From positions 580-64,579 of the forward strand of contig CAYULI010000012.1 in assembly GCA_964445795.1 (NCBI GenBank): a stretch of DNA of 64,000 bases, written 5' to 3'. Origin of the DNA: an uncultured Nitrospira sp. GTDB lineage: Bacteria; Nitrospirota; Nitrospiria; Nitrospirales; Nitrospiraceae. This document shows, one piece after another, positions 19,509 to 28,574 of the stretch (the stretch's first letter is position 1; each line of letters starts with the position of its first letter). Made by a program: the position numbers and the translations under genes. The notes below the pieces were generated by a model that made no database searches, was not told where the DNA came from, and saw nothing but the letters and a program-made list of their open reading frames with translations.

Positions 19509-20197
19509 GCGGGTTCGTCTATGGGATTCTGTGGGTTCTGGCACGTGCAGTCGGGTGGTGCTGTTTTCGATACCGAGTCGACGGGCAGGTTCCTCGGCGG
19601 GGCGGCGTGCTGGTGGCCGCCAACCACGCCAGTTACCTCGATATTCCGCTCCTCGGGTGCGGAATGAAGCGAAGGGCCTGGTATCTCGGGCGCAGCGATC
19701 TGTTCCCGATCCCGATCGTGAACCGGATCCTCCGGTCGTTAGGGTGGATTCCGTTGCGACTGGGGCGATTTGACCGGGAGGCGTTCGGAAGGGCGATCGA
19801 CCTGATCAAGGCCGGGAAGGCGGTGGTAATTTTTCCAGAGGGCGGACGCAGTCAGGACGGGCACTTACGACCGCCCAAAGCGGGCATCGGCGTGATCGTC
19901 TCGCAGACCGGTTGTCCCGTGGTGCCGGCGTACATCAAAGGGACGTTCGATGCGCTGCCAAGCGGCGCCCGATGGCCTCGATTCAGGCGCGTGACTGTCA
20001 GGTTCGGGTCGCCGTTAAGGTTTCCGGATGGACATTCGCAGGACAAGGGAGACACGAAACGATTTTATCAATTCGTCAGTCGAACGGTGATCGAACATAT
20101 TGCCGCGCTCGGAAACGTTCCACCCCCGAGAGGGGAGGGCGACGAGAGTGCGGGGACACCGACGAGACCGACGGCCGGCGCTCGCAAGGCTGAGTGA
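19505..20197 (+). CDS. plsC: 1-acyl-sn-glycerol-3-phosphate acyltransferase family protein
   Basis: NHASYLD (HX4D) and FPEGGRS motifs. The GTG start overlaps the cmk stop (GTGA). Confidence 0.8.
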   Translation: MSGFVYGILWVLARAVGWCCFRYRVDGQVPRRGGVLVAANHASYLDIPLLGCGMKRRAWYLGRSDLFPIPIVNRILRSLGWIPLRLGRFDREAFGRAIDLIKAGKAVVIFPEGGRSQDGHLRPPKAGIGVIVSQTGCPVVPAYIKGTFDALPSGARWPRFRRVTVRFGSPLRFPDGHSQDKGDTKRFYQFVSRTVIEHIAALGNVPPPRGEGDESAGTPTRPTAGARKAE

Positions 20198-20252
20198 GTC
20201 CGGCGTCTTCACTATCAGCACCCGACGACAGTCGGAAGAGTAGGATGCTCAC

Positions 20253-21962
20253 ATGGGTACCGTGTCGAAAGACAGCGACGCGCAGTTAGACCGCAACGCC
20301 TTGGCCGCGTTGTACGAAGAAACGTTTCGAAATCTTGAAGAAGGGACCATCACGGAGGGGCGCGTCGTCGCGCTGACGAAGGACAAGGTAGTGGTGGATA
20401 TCGGATATAAGTCCGAGGGGATAATCCCGAGCGACCAGTTCTCGCCTGAAGAGCTGCAAAACCTCAAGATCGGCGACCGACTCCAAGTCTACATCGAGGA
20501 ATGCGAGGACGCGGATGGCAATCTTGTCCTGTCTAAAGAAAAAGCCGACAAGATGAAGATCTGGGAGGAGCTCGAGAAGCTCTACAAGGAGGAAAAGAGC
20601 ATCGAGGGCAAAATCGTCTCGCGCATCAAAGGCGGCATGATGGTCGACATCGGCGTCAAAGCCTTCCTGCCCGGCTCGCAGATCGATCTGCACCCGGTGC
20701 GCGACCTCGACGGGCTTGTCGGCAAGACTTTCCCATTGAAGATCATCAAGATCAATCACCGGCGCGGCAACGTCGTGGTCTCCCGACGGGTGCTGCTCGA
20801 GGAAACGCGTGACAAGAAGCGGCAGACCACGCTCGCCAATCTGAAGGAAGGCCAACTCATCCAGGGGACAGTGAAGAACATCACCGACTATGGGGCGTTT
20901 ATCGATCTCGGCGGGATCGACGGCTTGCTGCACATCACCGACATGTCGTGGGGGCGCGTGGGGCATCCCTCCGAGATGTTCAGCGTCGGCGACAAGGTCG
21001 AAGTGGTCGTGCTGAAGTACGACCGTGAAACCGGCCGCATCTCCCTCGGCCTGAAGCAGAAGAGCGCCGATCCCTGGACGAATGTGGCCGCCAAGTACCC
21101 GGTCGGAACACGGGTGCGGGGGCGCGTGGTGAGCCTCACGGATTATGGCGCCTTCGTGGAACTGGAGCCGGGTGTGGAAGGACTGGTGCACGTGTCCGAG
21201 ATGTCTTGGACACACGAAGTCCGTCATCCCTCGCGAGTCGTTGCTGTCGGCGATCAGGTGGAGGCGGCCGTACTCAATGTGGATCCCGCCAGCCGCAAGA
21301 TCTCGTTGGGGATGAAGCAGACGGCGCCCAATCCGTGGGACATGATCGAAACCAAGTATCCCGTCGGCACACGGATCGAGGGGAAGGTCAAGAGCCTGAC
21401 CGACTTCGGCGCCTTCATCGGGCTCGAGGAAGGCATCGACGGGCTCATTCATATTTCCGATATGTCCTGGACAAAGCACATCAAGCATCCTTCCGAGCTC
21501 TTCAAGAAAGGCCAAAAGGTCGAGGCGGTGGTGCTCCGCATCGACAAGGAAAAGGAGCGGCTGTCACTCGGCTTCAAGCAACTGACTCGCGATCCGTGGG
21601 ACGACGAAATTCCCTCGCGCTACCACGTCGGCGATTCGGTGGTAGGTAAGGTCAGCAAGATCGCGGATTTCGGCATCTTCGTCGAGTTGGACGGCGGCGT
21701 CGAGGGATTGATTCACATCAGCGAAACCGGCTTGGAGCCGCAGGGGAAGCTCGAAGACAGGTTCAAACTGGGCGATGAAGTGGCCGCCAAGATTATTAAA
21801 GTCGACCGGGAGGAACGGAAGATTGCCCTGAGTCTGCGCGATCATCAGCTCGACTCGGAGCGGAGACAAGTCGACGAATATCACGCCTCCCAAGGCGCCC
21901 TGGACCAAAGCCTTGGACGGGCGGCCAAGCAGAGCCGCAAGCGGTCGCAAGCGGCCGATTAG
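20253..21962 (+). CDS. rpsA: 30S ribosomal protein S1
   Basis: Six S1/OB repeats (G.V...TD[YF]GAF[VI][DE]L..G[VI][DE]GL[IV]H[IV]S[DE]). Confidence 0.95.
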   Translation: MGTVSKDSDAQLDRNALAALYEETFRNLEEGTITEGRVVALTKDKVVVDIGYKSEGIIPSDQFSPEELQNLKIGDRLQVYIEECEDADGNLVLSKEKADKMKIWEELEKLYKEEKSIEGKIVSRIKGGMMVDIGVKAFLPGSQIDLHPVRDLDGLVGKTFPLKIIKINHRRGNVVVSRRVLLEETRDKKRQTTLANLKEGQLIQGTVKNITDYGAFIDLGGIDGLLHITDMSWGRVGHPSEMFSVGDKVEVVVLKYDRETGRISLGLKQKSADPWTNVAAKYPVGTRVRGRVVSLTDYGAFVELEPGVEGLVHVSEMSWTHEVRHPSRVVAVGDQVEAAVLNVDPASRKISLGMKQTAPNPWDMIETKYPVGTRIEGKVKSLTDFGAFIGLEEGIDGLIHISDMSWTKHIKHPSELFKKGQKVEAVVLRIDKEKERLSLGFKQLTRDPWDDEIPSRYHVGDSVVGKVSKIADFGIFVELDGGVEGLIHISETGLEPQGKLEDRFKLGDEVAAKIIKVDREERKIALSLRDHQLDSERRQVDEYHASQGALDQSLGRAAKQSRKRSQAAD

Positions 21963-21993
21963 CGTGTCGCAGACCGGGCGTTGGGATTGAGTC

Positions 21994-22896
21994 ATGGCCG
22001 AGGAGACGACAACGAGCGAACGAAGTCCGAAGCGCCGCTTGTTTCGGACCGTTTTGTGGGGGCTGACCGGACTTCTTGCGCTGATGGTCCTGGTAAATAT
22101 TTTTTTCCCGGACCTGGACCTCTCGACCGAAGACCGAATCGCCCTGATCCGCGTGGAGGGCGTGATCCTGGATTCCCAGACGACGGTGGGCGAGCTCAAG
22201 AAATTCAGCGAGAACCCCTCCATCAAAGCCATCGTGCTGCGCATCGACAGCCCCGGCGGCGGTGTGGTGCCCTCTCAGGAAATTCATGACGCCGTCCAAC
22301 GGGTCCGGACCAAGAACAACAAGGCCGTGATCGCCTCGATGGGCAGCGTGGCCGCGTCAGGGGGCTACTACATCGCGGTAGCGACCGACCGGATCGTCGC
22401 CAACCCGGGGACGCTTACGGGCAGCATCGGCGTCATTATGGAAATGGCGAATGTCGAGGGCCTGCTCCAAAAGATCGGCGTCGAGGGCGTCGTCATCAAA
22501 AGCGGGAAGTTCAAAGATGTGGGCTCGCCCCTGCGCAAGATGAGCGACGAGGAACGGGGGCTGCTCCAGAACGTGATGGACGACGTGCACAAGCAGTTCA
22601 TCGAGGCCGTCGCGGAAGGGCGCGCCCTGGAGCTAAGCGACGTACAAGCTCTTGCGGACGGCCGCATTTTCACCGGGCGTCAGGCGAAAGATGCGAAACT
22701 CGTCGACGAGCTCGGCGACTTGGAAGACGCAATTCAACTGGCCGCGGACATTGTCGGGATCGAGGGTGAACCCAAGGTGGTCGAGCCGCGGCGCCGCTTC
22801 TCGATCCGGGAGTTCCTGGAGTCGAGATTGTCGGCGATGTTTCCCAAGCTGGATTGGCACCCAGGCGTGAACCTCAAGTACCTCATGGCCTTTTAA
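21994..22896 (+). CDS. sppA: Signal peptide peptidase SppA, 36K type
   Basis: N-terminal TM segment, RIDSPGG, and MGSVAASGGYY (catalytic Ser region). Confidence 0.85.
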   Translation: MAEETTTSERSPKRRLFRTVLWGLTGLLALMVLVNIFFPDLDLSTEDRIALIRVEGVILDSQTTVGELKKFSENPSIKAIVLRIDSPGGGVVPSQEIHDAVQRVRTKNNKAVIASMGSVAASGGYYIAVATDRIVANPGTLTGSIGVIMEMANVEGLLQKIGVEGVVIKSGKFKDVGSPLRKMSDEERGLLQNVMDDVHKQFIEAVAEGRALELSDVQALADGRIFTGRQAKDAKLVDELGDLEDAIQLAADIVGIEGEPKVVEPRRRFSIREFLESRLSAMFPKLDWHPGVNLKYLMAF

Positions 22897-22942
22897 CGCG
22901 CCACGGCGCGAAGGTGCACCGGTCTACAAACGGAGGGAGCGC

Positions 22943-23221
22943 ATGACGAAAGCGCAGATTATCGAGCGGGTTTCGGAGCAGGTGACCACCTTGACCAAAC
23001 GGCAGGCGGAGGTCGTGGTCAATACGATTTTCGATTGCATTCGGGATTCGCTCAAGAATGGCGACAAGACCGAGATTCGAGGCTTCGGCAGCTTTCGCCT
23101 CCGGGCGCGCCGTATGAAAGAGGGACGCAACCCGAAGACCGGCGCGACCGTCTCCGTTCCAGCGAAACGAGTCCCGTTTTTCAAGGCGGGGAAAGAACTC
23201 AAAGAGTTGCTGAACCAATAG
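22943..23221 (+). CDS. ihfB: Integration host factor beta subunit (HU/IHF family)
   Basis: RGFGSFRLRARRMKEGRNPKTGATV...FKAGKELK. GGAGGGAG RBS. Conserved rpsA-ihfB neighbourhood. Confidence 0.85.
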   Translation: MTKAQIIERVSEQVTTLTKRQAEVVVNTIFDCIRDSLKNGDKTEIRGFGSFRLRARRMKEGRNPKTGATVSVPAKRVPFFKAGKELKELLNQ

Positions 23222-23239
23222 CCTGTCGGAAGGAGTACC

Positions 23240-24241
23240 ATGTCATCCTCGGATTCCCCGGAAACGGCGGCGACGGAGGTTCGTTGGACGGAGGGTGCGC
23301 TGAAGCGGATGGAGCGTGCGCCGGCCTTTCTCCGCGGTATGGTCCGCCGGCTCGCGGAAATGAAAGCGCGTGAGCTGGGGTATGAAGAGATCACCGAAGA
23401 CATTCTCGATCAGTTCAAAGGCCAGATGATGGGACGGATGGGTGGGGAGGGCGGCATGGCCTCTGCCGCTGAGCAATTGGAGCAGGGGCGCTTGCCCTGG
23501 ACTGCCGCGGCCAAAGAACGTCTGGCCGCGGTGCCGGAGTTCATGCGCGGCATGATCAAGCAGATCGCCGAAGAGATCGCCAAGGAACGAGGCCATCTCG
23601 AAGTAAACGTGGAGCTGTTCGAGAAGGTCGAAGCGCTGGGCGATATGCAGGAGGCCTCCGGTCCGCCGCTGGAATGGACCGAAGGGGCGCTGGCCCAGCT
23701 CCGGGAGAAACTGAAGGACTCTCCACCCATCGCGCTGGAATTCGTGACCGACATGCTGAAGCGCGACTCTGAGGATCTCGCCCGGGCCAATGGGCTGACC
23801 CGGATCGACGAAACGGTGCTCCGTGAATTGTGGGACGCGCCCCAGGAACGCGTGGCCTGGACCGACGAGGCGTGGAAGCGGTTGCAGACCTCACCGGATT
23901 TCGTTCGTAGCGGCATTCGCAAAGCGGCCGAGCGGCGCGCCCGCAAGCTGGGGTTGAAGGAGATCGACTCCGACCACCTGACGATGTTCAGAAATCAGGC
24001 GATGATGAAGGCGGTCAAACGAATCCGTTCGTTCGGGTATCAGGAGTTGACGTTCGATGCCTTCGAGACCGCGCTTCAGAAAACCAAACGTCTGCAGGGG
24101 AACGGGCAGGCGGAAAAACGCCTCCAGGAAATCCGTGGCCACTTTGCCGATCCCCATACTAAGAAACCCGAGGGTGGCACGCTCGGCGCCGAGCTGATGG
24201 AACGGTTCCGGAAGTACCTCAAAGGCGAGGGAACGCTGTAA
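23240..24241 (+). CDS. Protein built from four PCP_red-like repeats, function unknown
   Basis: GGAAGGAG RBS. Repeats VRWTEGALKRMERAPAFLRGMV..., LPWTAAAKERLAAVPEFMRGMI..., LEWTEGALAQL... (degenerate) and VAWTDEAWKRLQTSPDFVRSGI.... Same motif as the 8514-9266 protein. Confidence 0.7.
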   Translation: MSSSDSPETAATEVRWTEGALKRMERAPAFLRGMVRRLAEMKARELGYEEITEDILDQFKGQMMGRMGGEGGMASAAEQLEQGRLPWTAAAKERLAAVPEFMRGMIKQIAEEIAKERGHLEVNVELFEKVEALGDMQEASGPPLEWTEGALAQLREKLKDSPPIALEFVTDMLKRDSEDLARANGLTRIDETVLRELWDAPQERVAWTDEAWKRLQTSPDFVRSGIRKAAERRARKLGLKEIDSDHLTMFRNQAMMKAVKRIRSFGYQELTFDAFETALQKTKRLQGNGQAEKRLQEIRGHFADPHTKKPEGGTLGAELMERFRKYLKGEGTL

Positions 24242-24378
24242 CCCAGTCTCTCCTTCCGCTGCTCCCCTCTTCTCCGGGTGAGAAGGCCAGCCGCGCTGTT
24301 CCTTCCGCGTCGATGCATTGGAATGGGCAAGGGAACGTAGCCGATCGCACGAGCATCGGCCGGATCCGGCCAGTTTGC

Positions 24379-24699
24379 TCAGTGGGCCATGACCGGCTTG
24401 GGCCAGAACTTGTGGCGGATCTGCGGAAGCGGTTCGTTGTCGAAGTTCGGAATGTCGTAGAGACAACGGTCGATCGTGGCGACCTCTTCTTCGGTCAACT
24501 GCAGCGTGACTTTCTTCTTCCAGAACTGGTCGAGAGCGAAATAGTCGCCGGATTGCGGCTTTTCCGCCAGCAGTGCCTGCATCTTTTTGAATCCTGGGGT
24601 ATCGACGCCCGGCACGCGGCCCTTGTTTCGATCGATGCACCACTTCAAGACTTCGGCGATGCCATACATAGTGATTTCGATATCGACGAGGTTGCTCAT
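24379..24699 (-). CDS. Hypothetical 106-aa cytoplasmic protein
   Basis: Strong GAGGAGG RBS before the ATG at 24699. Balanced, Lys-containing composition, unlike the antisense-frame artefacts. No motif I can name. Confidence 0.55.
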   Translation of the reverse strand: MSNLVDIEITMYGIAEVLKWCIDRNKGRVPGVDTPGFKKMQALLAEKPQSGDYFALDQFWKKKVTLQLTEEEVATIDRCLYDIPNFDNEPLPQIRHKFWPKPVMAH

Positions 24700-24877
24700 G
24701 AAGATCCTCCTCAAAGGAGCGCCCATTGTAGCCCAAGCGCTGCCGAAAATTCAAAGGCTCTCGCCCGCGATTTGCTCGTTTGCCAGAAGAAAGACAGCCT
24801 TTGTATACTGATCATTCCGGACGCAAGGACCATAGGTCTTTTGGTCCGGGCCGGGCCCACAAGAAAAGAGACAGAGG

Positions 24878-26095
24878 ATGAGCGCTCGTCGTCTGAAACG
24901 AAGCGTGTTCGCACCACTGATAGGCTATGCGTCGCTCTTCGTCCTCCTCTTCGGCGAGGTGCAGGCCTGTTCCAAGGCCGACCCCTACGATCCGCCTGAT
25001 CTGTTCTACTATTTTGCCAGTTACAAGGTCGGCAAGAATCCAACGACCGTGACCTCTGTGGATCTGAACCACGACTCCTTCACCGATCTCATCACGACAA
25101 ACATCTCGAGCAACACGCTTTCAATTCTCTTGGGAAATGGCGACGGCACCTTCAAGGAACAAGTGCAGTTGAACGTATGCAAGGAGCCGCGTGCCCTCGC
25201 CATGAACGACTTCAATCACGATGATCATGCCGACGTGGTGATCGCCTGCTCAGGCGGGGACGAAATCGCGTTGCTCCTCGGCCGGGGTACCGGAAAATTC
25301 GAAGAAGGCCCACATTACCCCGTTCACCGCACGCCGGTCGCTCTGGCGACGGAGGATCTGAACGGGGATGAACACCCCGATCTAGTCGTCGCACTGCGCA
25401 ACGACAAGGTGAAAGTGTTCCTGGGGACGGGAACCGGAGAATTCCGGCACGGCGCGCAGTACGAATACGGTGACACGCCGACCTCGGTGGCCTTGTCCGA
25501 TCTGAACGGCGACGGGAAACTCGATCTCGTAGTCACGAACGGGGGACCGATGTCCAGCGCCGTCTCGATCTGGCTGGGCAACGGCGACGGAACGTTTCGC
25601 GACCCCAAAGACTATCCCACGGGCAAGCGGCCCTTGGGCGTCAGTTTCGCGGATTTTAACAATGATCGGAACTGCGACTTGCTCGTCATCAACGGGGAGC
25701 GCGACAGCTTCACGACATTCCTCGGCAACGGGAATGGAACGTTTCAGCCGGGCAAGGACTCCGGTGCGGACGCCGGTCCCAATTTCGGGCTGGCGCGGGA
25801 CTTCAACGGAGACCGGTTGATGGACGTCGCTATCGTCAATCTCCAATCGAACGACCTCTCCATTCTCTTCGGCAAGGGCGACGGCACCTTCCACTATCCA
25901 CCCAGGAACTACCGTACAAAGGCGGGTCCATTTGCCATCTCGACCTTCCGCGTCACGGTCAACGGAACGGAGGAACCCGGGTTGGCCGTGGCCGATAACG
26001 GCGACGGGAGCGTGTCTGTCTTTCTGCACCGTGGGCTCAGGGCGGCTCCGAAGCCAGGAGCGAACGAACCGGCCGGCGCGGAGCGCGGACATTGA
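24878..26095 (+). CDS. FG-GAP/VCBS-repeat (beta-propeller) lipoprotein
   Basis: Signal peptide with lipobox-like VQAC. Six or more blades with D[LF]N[HGN]D...D[LV] Ca-binding loops and LLGNGDGTF motifs. Confidence 0.8.
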   Translation: MSARRLKRSVFAPLIGYASLFVLLFGEVQACSKADPYDPPDLFYYFASYKVGKNPTTVTSVDLNHDSFTDLITTNISSNTLSILLGNGDGTFKEQVQLNVCKEPRALAMNDFNHDDHADVVIACSGGDEIALLLGRGTGKFEEGPHYPVHRTPVALATEDLNGDEHPDLVVALRNDKVKVFLGTGTGEFRHGAQYEYGDTPTSVALSDLNGDGKLDLVVTNGGPMSSAVSIWLGNGDGTFRDPKDYPTGKRPLGVSFADFNNDRNCDLLVINGERDSFTTFLGNGNGTFQPGKDSGADAGPNFGLARDFNGDRLMDVAIVNLQSNDLSILFGKGDGTFHYPPRNYRTKAGPFAISTFRVTVNGTEEPGLAVADNGDGSVSVFLHRGLRAAPKPGANEPAGAERGH

Positions 26096-26118
26096 ATTCA
26101 AATCCACACCCATCTTCC

Positions 26119-26147
26119 TTGACAGGTGGGAGACCCTTCGCTAGAGT
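26119..26147 (+). promoter_or_regulatory. Sigma-70-like promoter (TTGACA-17 nt-TAGAGT)
   Basis: TTGACA at 26119-26124, a 17-nt spacer, and TAGAGT at 26142-26147. Followed by a GGCAGG/CCTGCC hairpin and the small ORFs. Confidence 0.4.
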
Positions 26148-26177
26148 GGCCGGCAGGTGCGCGCCTGCCCTCAGCGT

Positions 26178-26393
26178 ATGAGAGAAATGGCCTTTCGACC
26201 CTTTACATGGTGGTTCACGATGGGCTCGCTCATGACCCTATCGGTGCTCATGGTCCAGGGCGGGATTCGGGACCTGTGGGAGGGGACGCAACCGTCCGGA
26301 GGCACAAACGCCTTCGTATATTTCGGCACCACGATTTTCGGAGGGGAGCTGCTCGCCGGTTGTCTAGCCTTGGTCATGAACCGGTTGCGATAA
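26178..26393 (+). CDS. Small two-TM membrane protein (about 71 aa), hypothetical
   Basis: Two hydrophobic helices (FTWWFTMGSLMTLSVLMV, FVYFGTTIFGGELLAGCLALVM). Downstream of the predicted promoter. Start ambiguous (26178 or 26187). Confidence 0.35.
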   Translation: MREMAFRPFTWWFTMGSLMTLSVLMVQGGIRDLWEGTQPSGGTNAFVYFGTTIFGGELLAGCLALVMNRLR

Positions 26394-26411
26394 GCAGGGT
26401 CCCGTGCATGT

Positions 26412-26600
26412 ATGCAATGTCTCAAGTGCAAAGGGTTCATGATGGTCGAACGGCATTACACCCTCATAAATCGGCGTATCTATGCCCGCTGTCTCAACTG
26501 CGGATTTTGGATCGATCTGGCCGACCTCCTGCGATTTTTTCATAAAGTCATTGATAGCGGGACGAAGGGTGGTAAGGTGCGAGAGTCCTTTACGTTATGA
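26412..26600 (+). CDS. Small zinc-ribbon protein (62 aa), paralog of 62865-63017
   Basis: MQCLKCKGFMMVER...ARCLNCG, i.e. CxxC-x29-CxxC. Shares C.KC.G.M..ER and CLNCG with the minus-strand ORF at 62865-63017. Confidence 0.35.
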   Translation: MQCLKCKGFMMVERHYTLINRRIYARCLNCGFWIDLADLLRFFHKVIDSGTKGGKVRESFTL

Positions 26601-26613
26601 GAAGGTAACCCTA

Positions 26614-27510
26614 ATGCGTCCGCATAGTCGACGTCCTTCATTGGGTGCCGTGTTCGTGGTGCTTGCGAGCCTTCTCTGCGCCTGGTCGGCGTATTCGGTT
26701 GATGCGAGAGACCTGGAGGCCGAAAGGCGTGCAGGCCGCGCCGTAAATCTCCCCCCCCAGTCGCTGCCCTGGAGAACGGTTCCCGCCCACAGCATTTTAT
26801 TGAAAGAGCTCCGCTCGGGCCGGGTGCTCTACGAACACGAGTCAGAAAAGCGTCTGTCGCCGGCCAGCTTGACCAAGATCATGTCCGCGCTGGTGATTCT
26901 TGAACAGGGACGCCTGGATGATCAGGCCACGGTCAGCAAAAATGCCGCGCGCGCACCGAAGACTCACCTGCGGTTGAAAGCCGGAGAGGTCTTCCGGTTG
27001 GAAGATCTCTTGAAGGCCATGCTGATCGTATCGGCCAACGATGCGTGCCTTGCGGCGGTCGAGCACGTCGGCGGCGACGAGCAGCAATTCGTCGACCTGA
27101 TGAACCTCAAGGCTGCGGCGCTGGGTCTGACGGATACGCATTTCAGTAACGCATGCGGGTTCGACGCCCCGGAGCATTACTCCACGGCCGAGGACCTGGC
27201 CAGGCTCAGCGAAGTTGCCTTGCAGAATCCCGTATTCCGAGAACTCGTCCGGGAAGAACGGGAAATCATCACACCGATCATGGGACATCGAGCCTACGTC
27301 TTGCACAACACCAACCGGCTGCTGGGGCGTATTCCGGGGGTGGAGGGTGTCAAGACCGGGTTCACCTCTAAGGCGGGCCGGTGTCTCATTGCCAAGGTCT
27401 CGAAGAACGGCAGCGATCTGTTGCTCGTCATCCTCAACTCTAACCGTCGCTGGAATACCGCCAAGAGCCTGATCGATTATGGGCTCCGCGTCAGTGAAGC
27501 CATTCGGTAA
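26614..27510 (+). CDS. D-alanyl-D-alanine carboxypeptidase (PBP5/6-like, serine type)
   Basis: Signal peptide, SPASLTKIM (SxxK), SAND (SxN) and KTGFT (KTG). Confidence 0.85.
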   Translation: MRPHSRRPSLGAVFVVLASLLCAWSAYSVDARDLEAERRAGRAVNLPPQSLPWRTVPAHSILLKELRSGRVLYEHESEKRLSPASLTKIMSALVILEQGRLDDQATVSKNAARAPKTHLRLKAGEVFRLEDLLKAMLIVSANDACLAAVEHVGGDEQQFVDLMNLKAAALGLTDTHFSNACGFDAPEHYSTAEDLARLSEVALQNPVFRELVREEREIITPIMGHRAYVLHNTNRLLGRIPGVEGVKTGFTSKAGRCLIAKVSKNGSDLLLVILNSNRRWNTAKSLIDYGLRVSEAIR

Positions 27511-27759
27511 GCTTCCTCTCTGGCAGATTCTTTTTTGACCGCAAACGGGAAGTCTCCGCACAGATGGGTGTTTGCGCCACGGGGTGCAAGGTGGGGTGTG
27601 TGGACGTCAGGGGAGTCATGGAGCGGCTCCTTGACTTTCAATCGTGAAGGATTATTTCATTCCCGCGTTAGGCGGGATCGTCAAGCTCCAATCGATGAAA
27701 CCGCGTGACGGCGTCCCGCCCACCGTACCACACAACCCCTAACCATAAGGAGGGACATC

Positions 27760-28143
27760 ATGAGGATGGTAGCCATACTCTGCGCGCTGTCCCTGATCGG
27801 CGGGGTGGCTTTCATGCCGGCATCGGGACAAGCGGCCGCATGGATTTCCGGTGCGGACAACTACGCGGCTCCTTGGGTCAAGGAGATTGAGCAGGAACTC
27901 TTGAAGAAGGATTACCAGTACGTGTATGCGAGCGATCCCCGGACTCCCCAGGCAGTCGTCCTTCGACTATTGAACCAGGCTGCTAAGGCTCACGAGGCGA
28001 AGGACACCGCCTTGGCGACGCAACTGGTCCGTGAGGCGCTCGGCGTGTTCGATGAAGGTGTGCGGAAACACTACTACACACAATCAGACGTCGAACCGAT
28101 TATGTCGTATATCCGTCAGCACGTTCCCATCAAAATTGGCTGA
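27760..28143 (+). CDS. Secreted hypothetical protein (127 aa)
   Basis: AAGGAGGG RBS and a signal peptide (MVAILCALSLIGGVAFMPASGQAAA). Confidence 0.6.
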   Translation: MRMVAILCALSLIGGVAFMPASGQAAAWISGADNYAAPWVKEIEQELLKKDYQYVYASDPRTPQAVVLRLLNQAAKAHEAKDTALATQLVREALGVFDEGVRKHYYTQSDVEPIMSYIRQHVPIKIG

Positions 28144-28235
28144 GGAATAACCCGAATAACCTGCGCAGGGGACTGTGAGCGTCTTCGTCTCCGGTCCCCT
28201 GCGAGAGGCTCACGCGCGGAAGGGAGGAACGGGTT

Positions 28236-28316
28236 ATGTATGCATTGATGGCACTCGTCGGCCTGATGTTCCTGACCTGGGTTGTTGCAGTCTGGGCTTC
28301 ATGGGGCGAGATATGA
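28236..28316 (+). CDS. Candidate 26-aa hydrophobic micro-protein
   Basis: GGGAGGAA RBS 8-9 nt before the ATG. MYALMALVGLMFLTWVVAVWASWGEI is a single TM helix. Below the ORF-track cutoff, so very tentative. Confidence 0.25.
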   Translation: MYALMALVGLMFLTWVVAVWASWGEI

Positions 28317-28574
28317 CCGAAATCTACGGACAAACGACAGGCGAGAAAGTGATGTTGCGGAAAGTGGCTTGAACGGAGCACACGATGGAGAAGAGCGAGG
28401 TTTGAAGCCGCTCCTTGATTCGAAACAACCCTATTCGTGTGGTGTCGAGCTAGCGTACGGAAGTAACGAAAGCGTCGCCCGTTGAGCGTGGGGGGGATAT
28501 GCGAACTAAGCAAGACCCTCGCAGAGGTGAATAGGCCCCAAATGCAATGGGGCCACGTCGGTGGGCAGCAGTTG

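Noticed and set aside
20253-21962. Periodic internal repeats of about 260 nt.
   Set aside because: These are the six S1 domains of ribosomal protein S1. Likewise, the periodicity in 24878-26095 reflects the FG-GAP blades.
24341-24371. Palindromes GCCGAT...ATCGGC and GGCCGGATCCGGCC between the convergent genes, as a bidirectional terminator.
   Set aside because: The stems are short and GC-only, with no flanking T or A tracts. I cannot distinguish this from chance in GC-rich DNA.
24313-24999. 228-aa plus-strand ORF spanning the 24379-24699 gene and the FG-GAP gene start.
   Set aside because: It crosses an intergenic region and two better-supported genes, and it has no RBS.
26751-26758. C8 homopolymer inside the DD-carboxypeptidase gene, and a C9/G9 run at 38015-38023 inside nfeD, as possible phase-variation tracts.
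   Set aside because: Both are in frame as Pro-Pro and Gly-Gly-Gly codons in intact genes. A single sequence gives no evidence of length variation. They are worth a look only if population reads are available.
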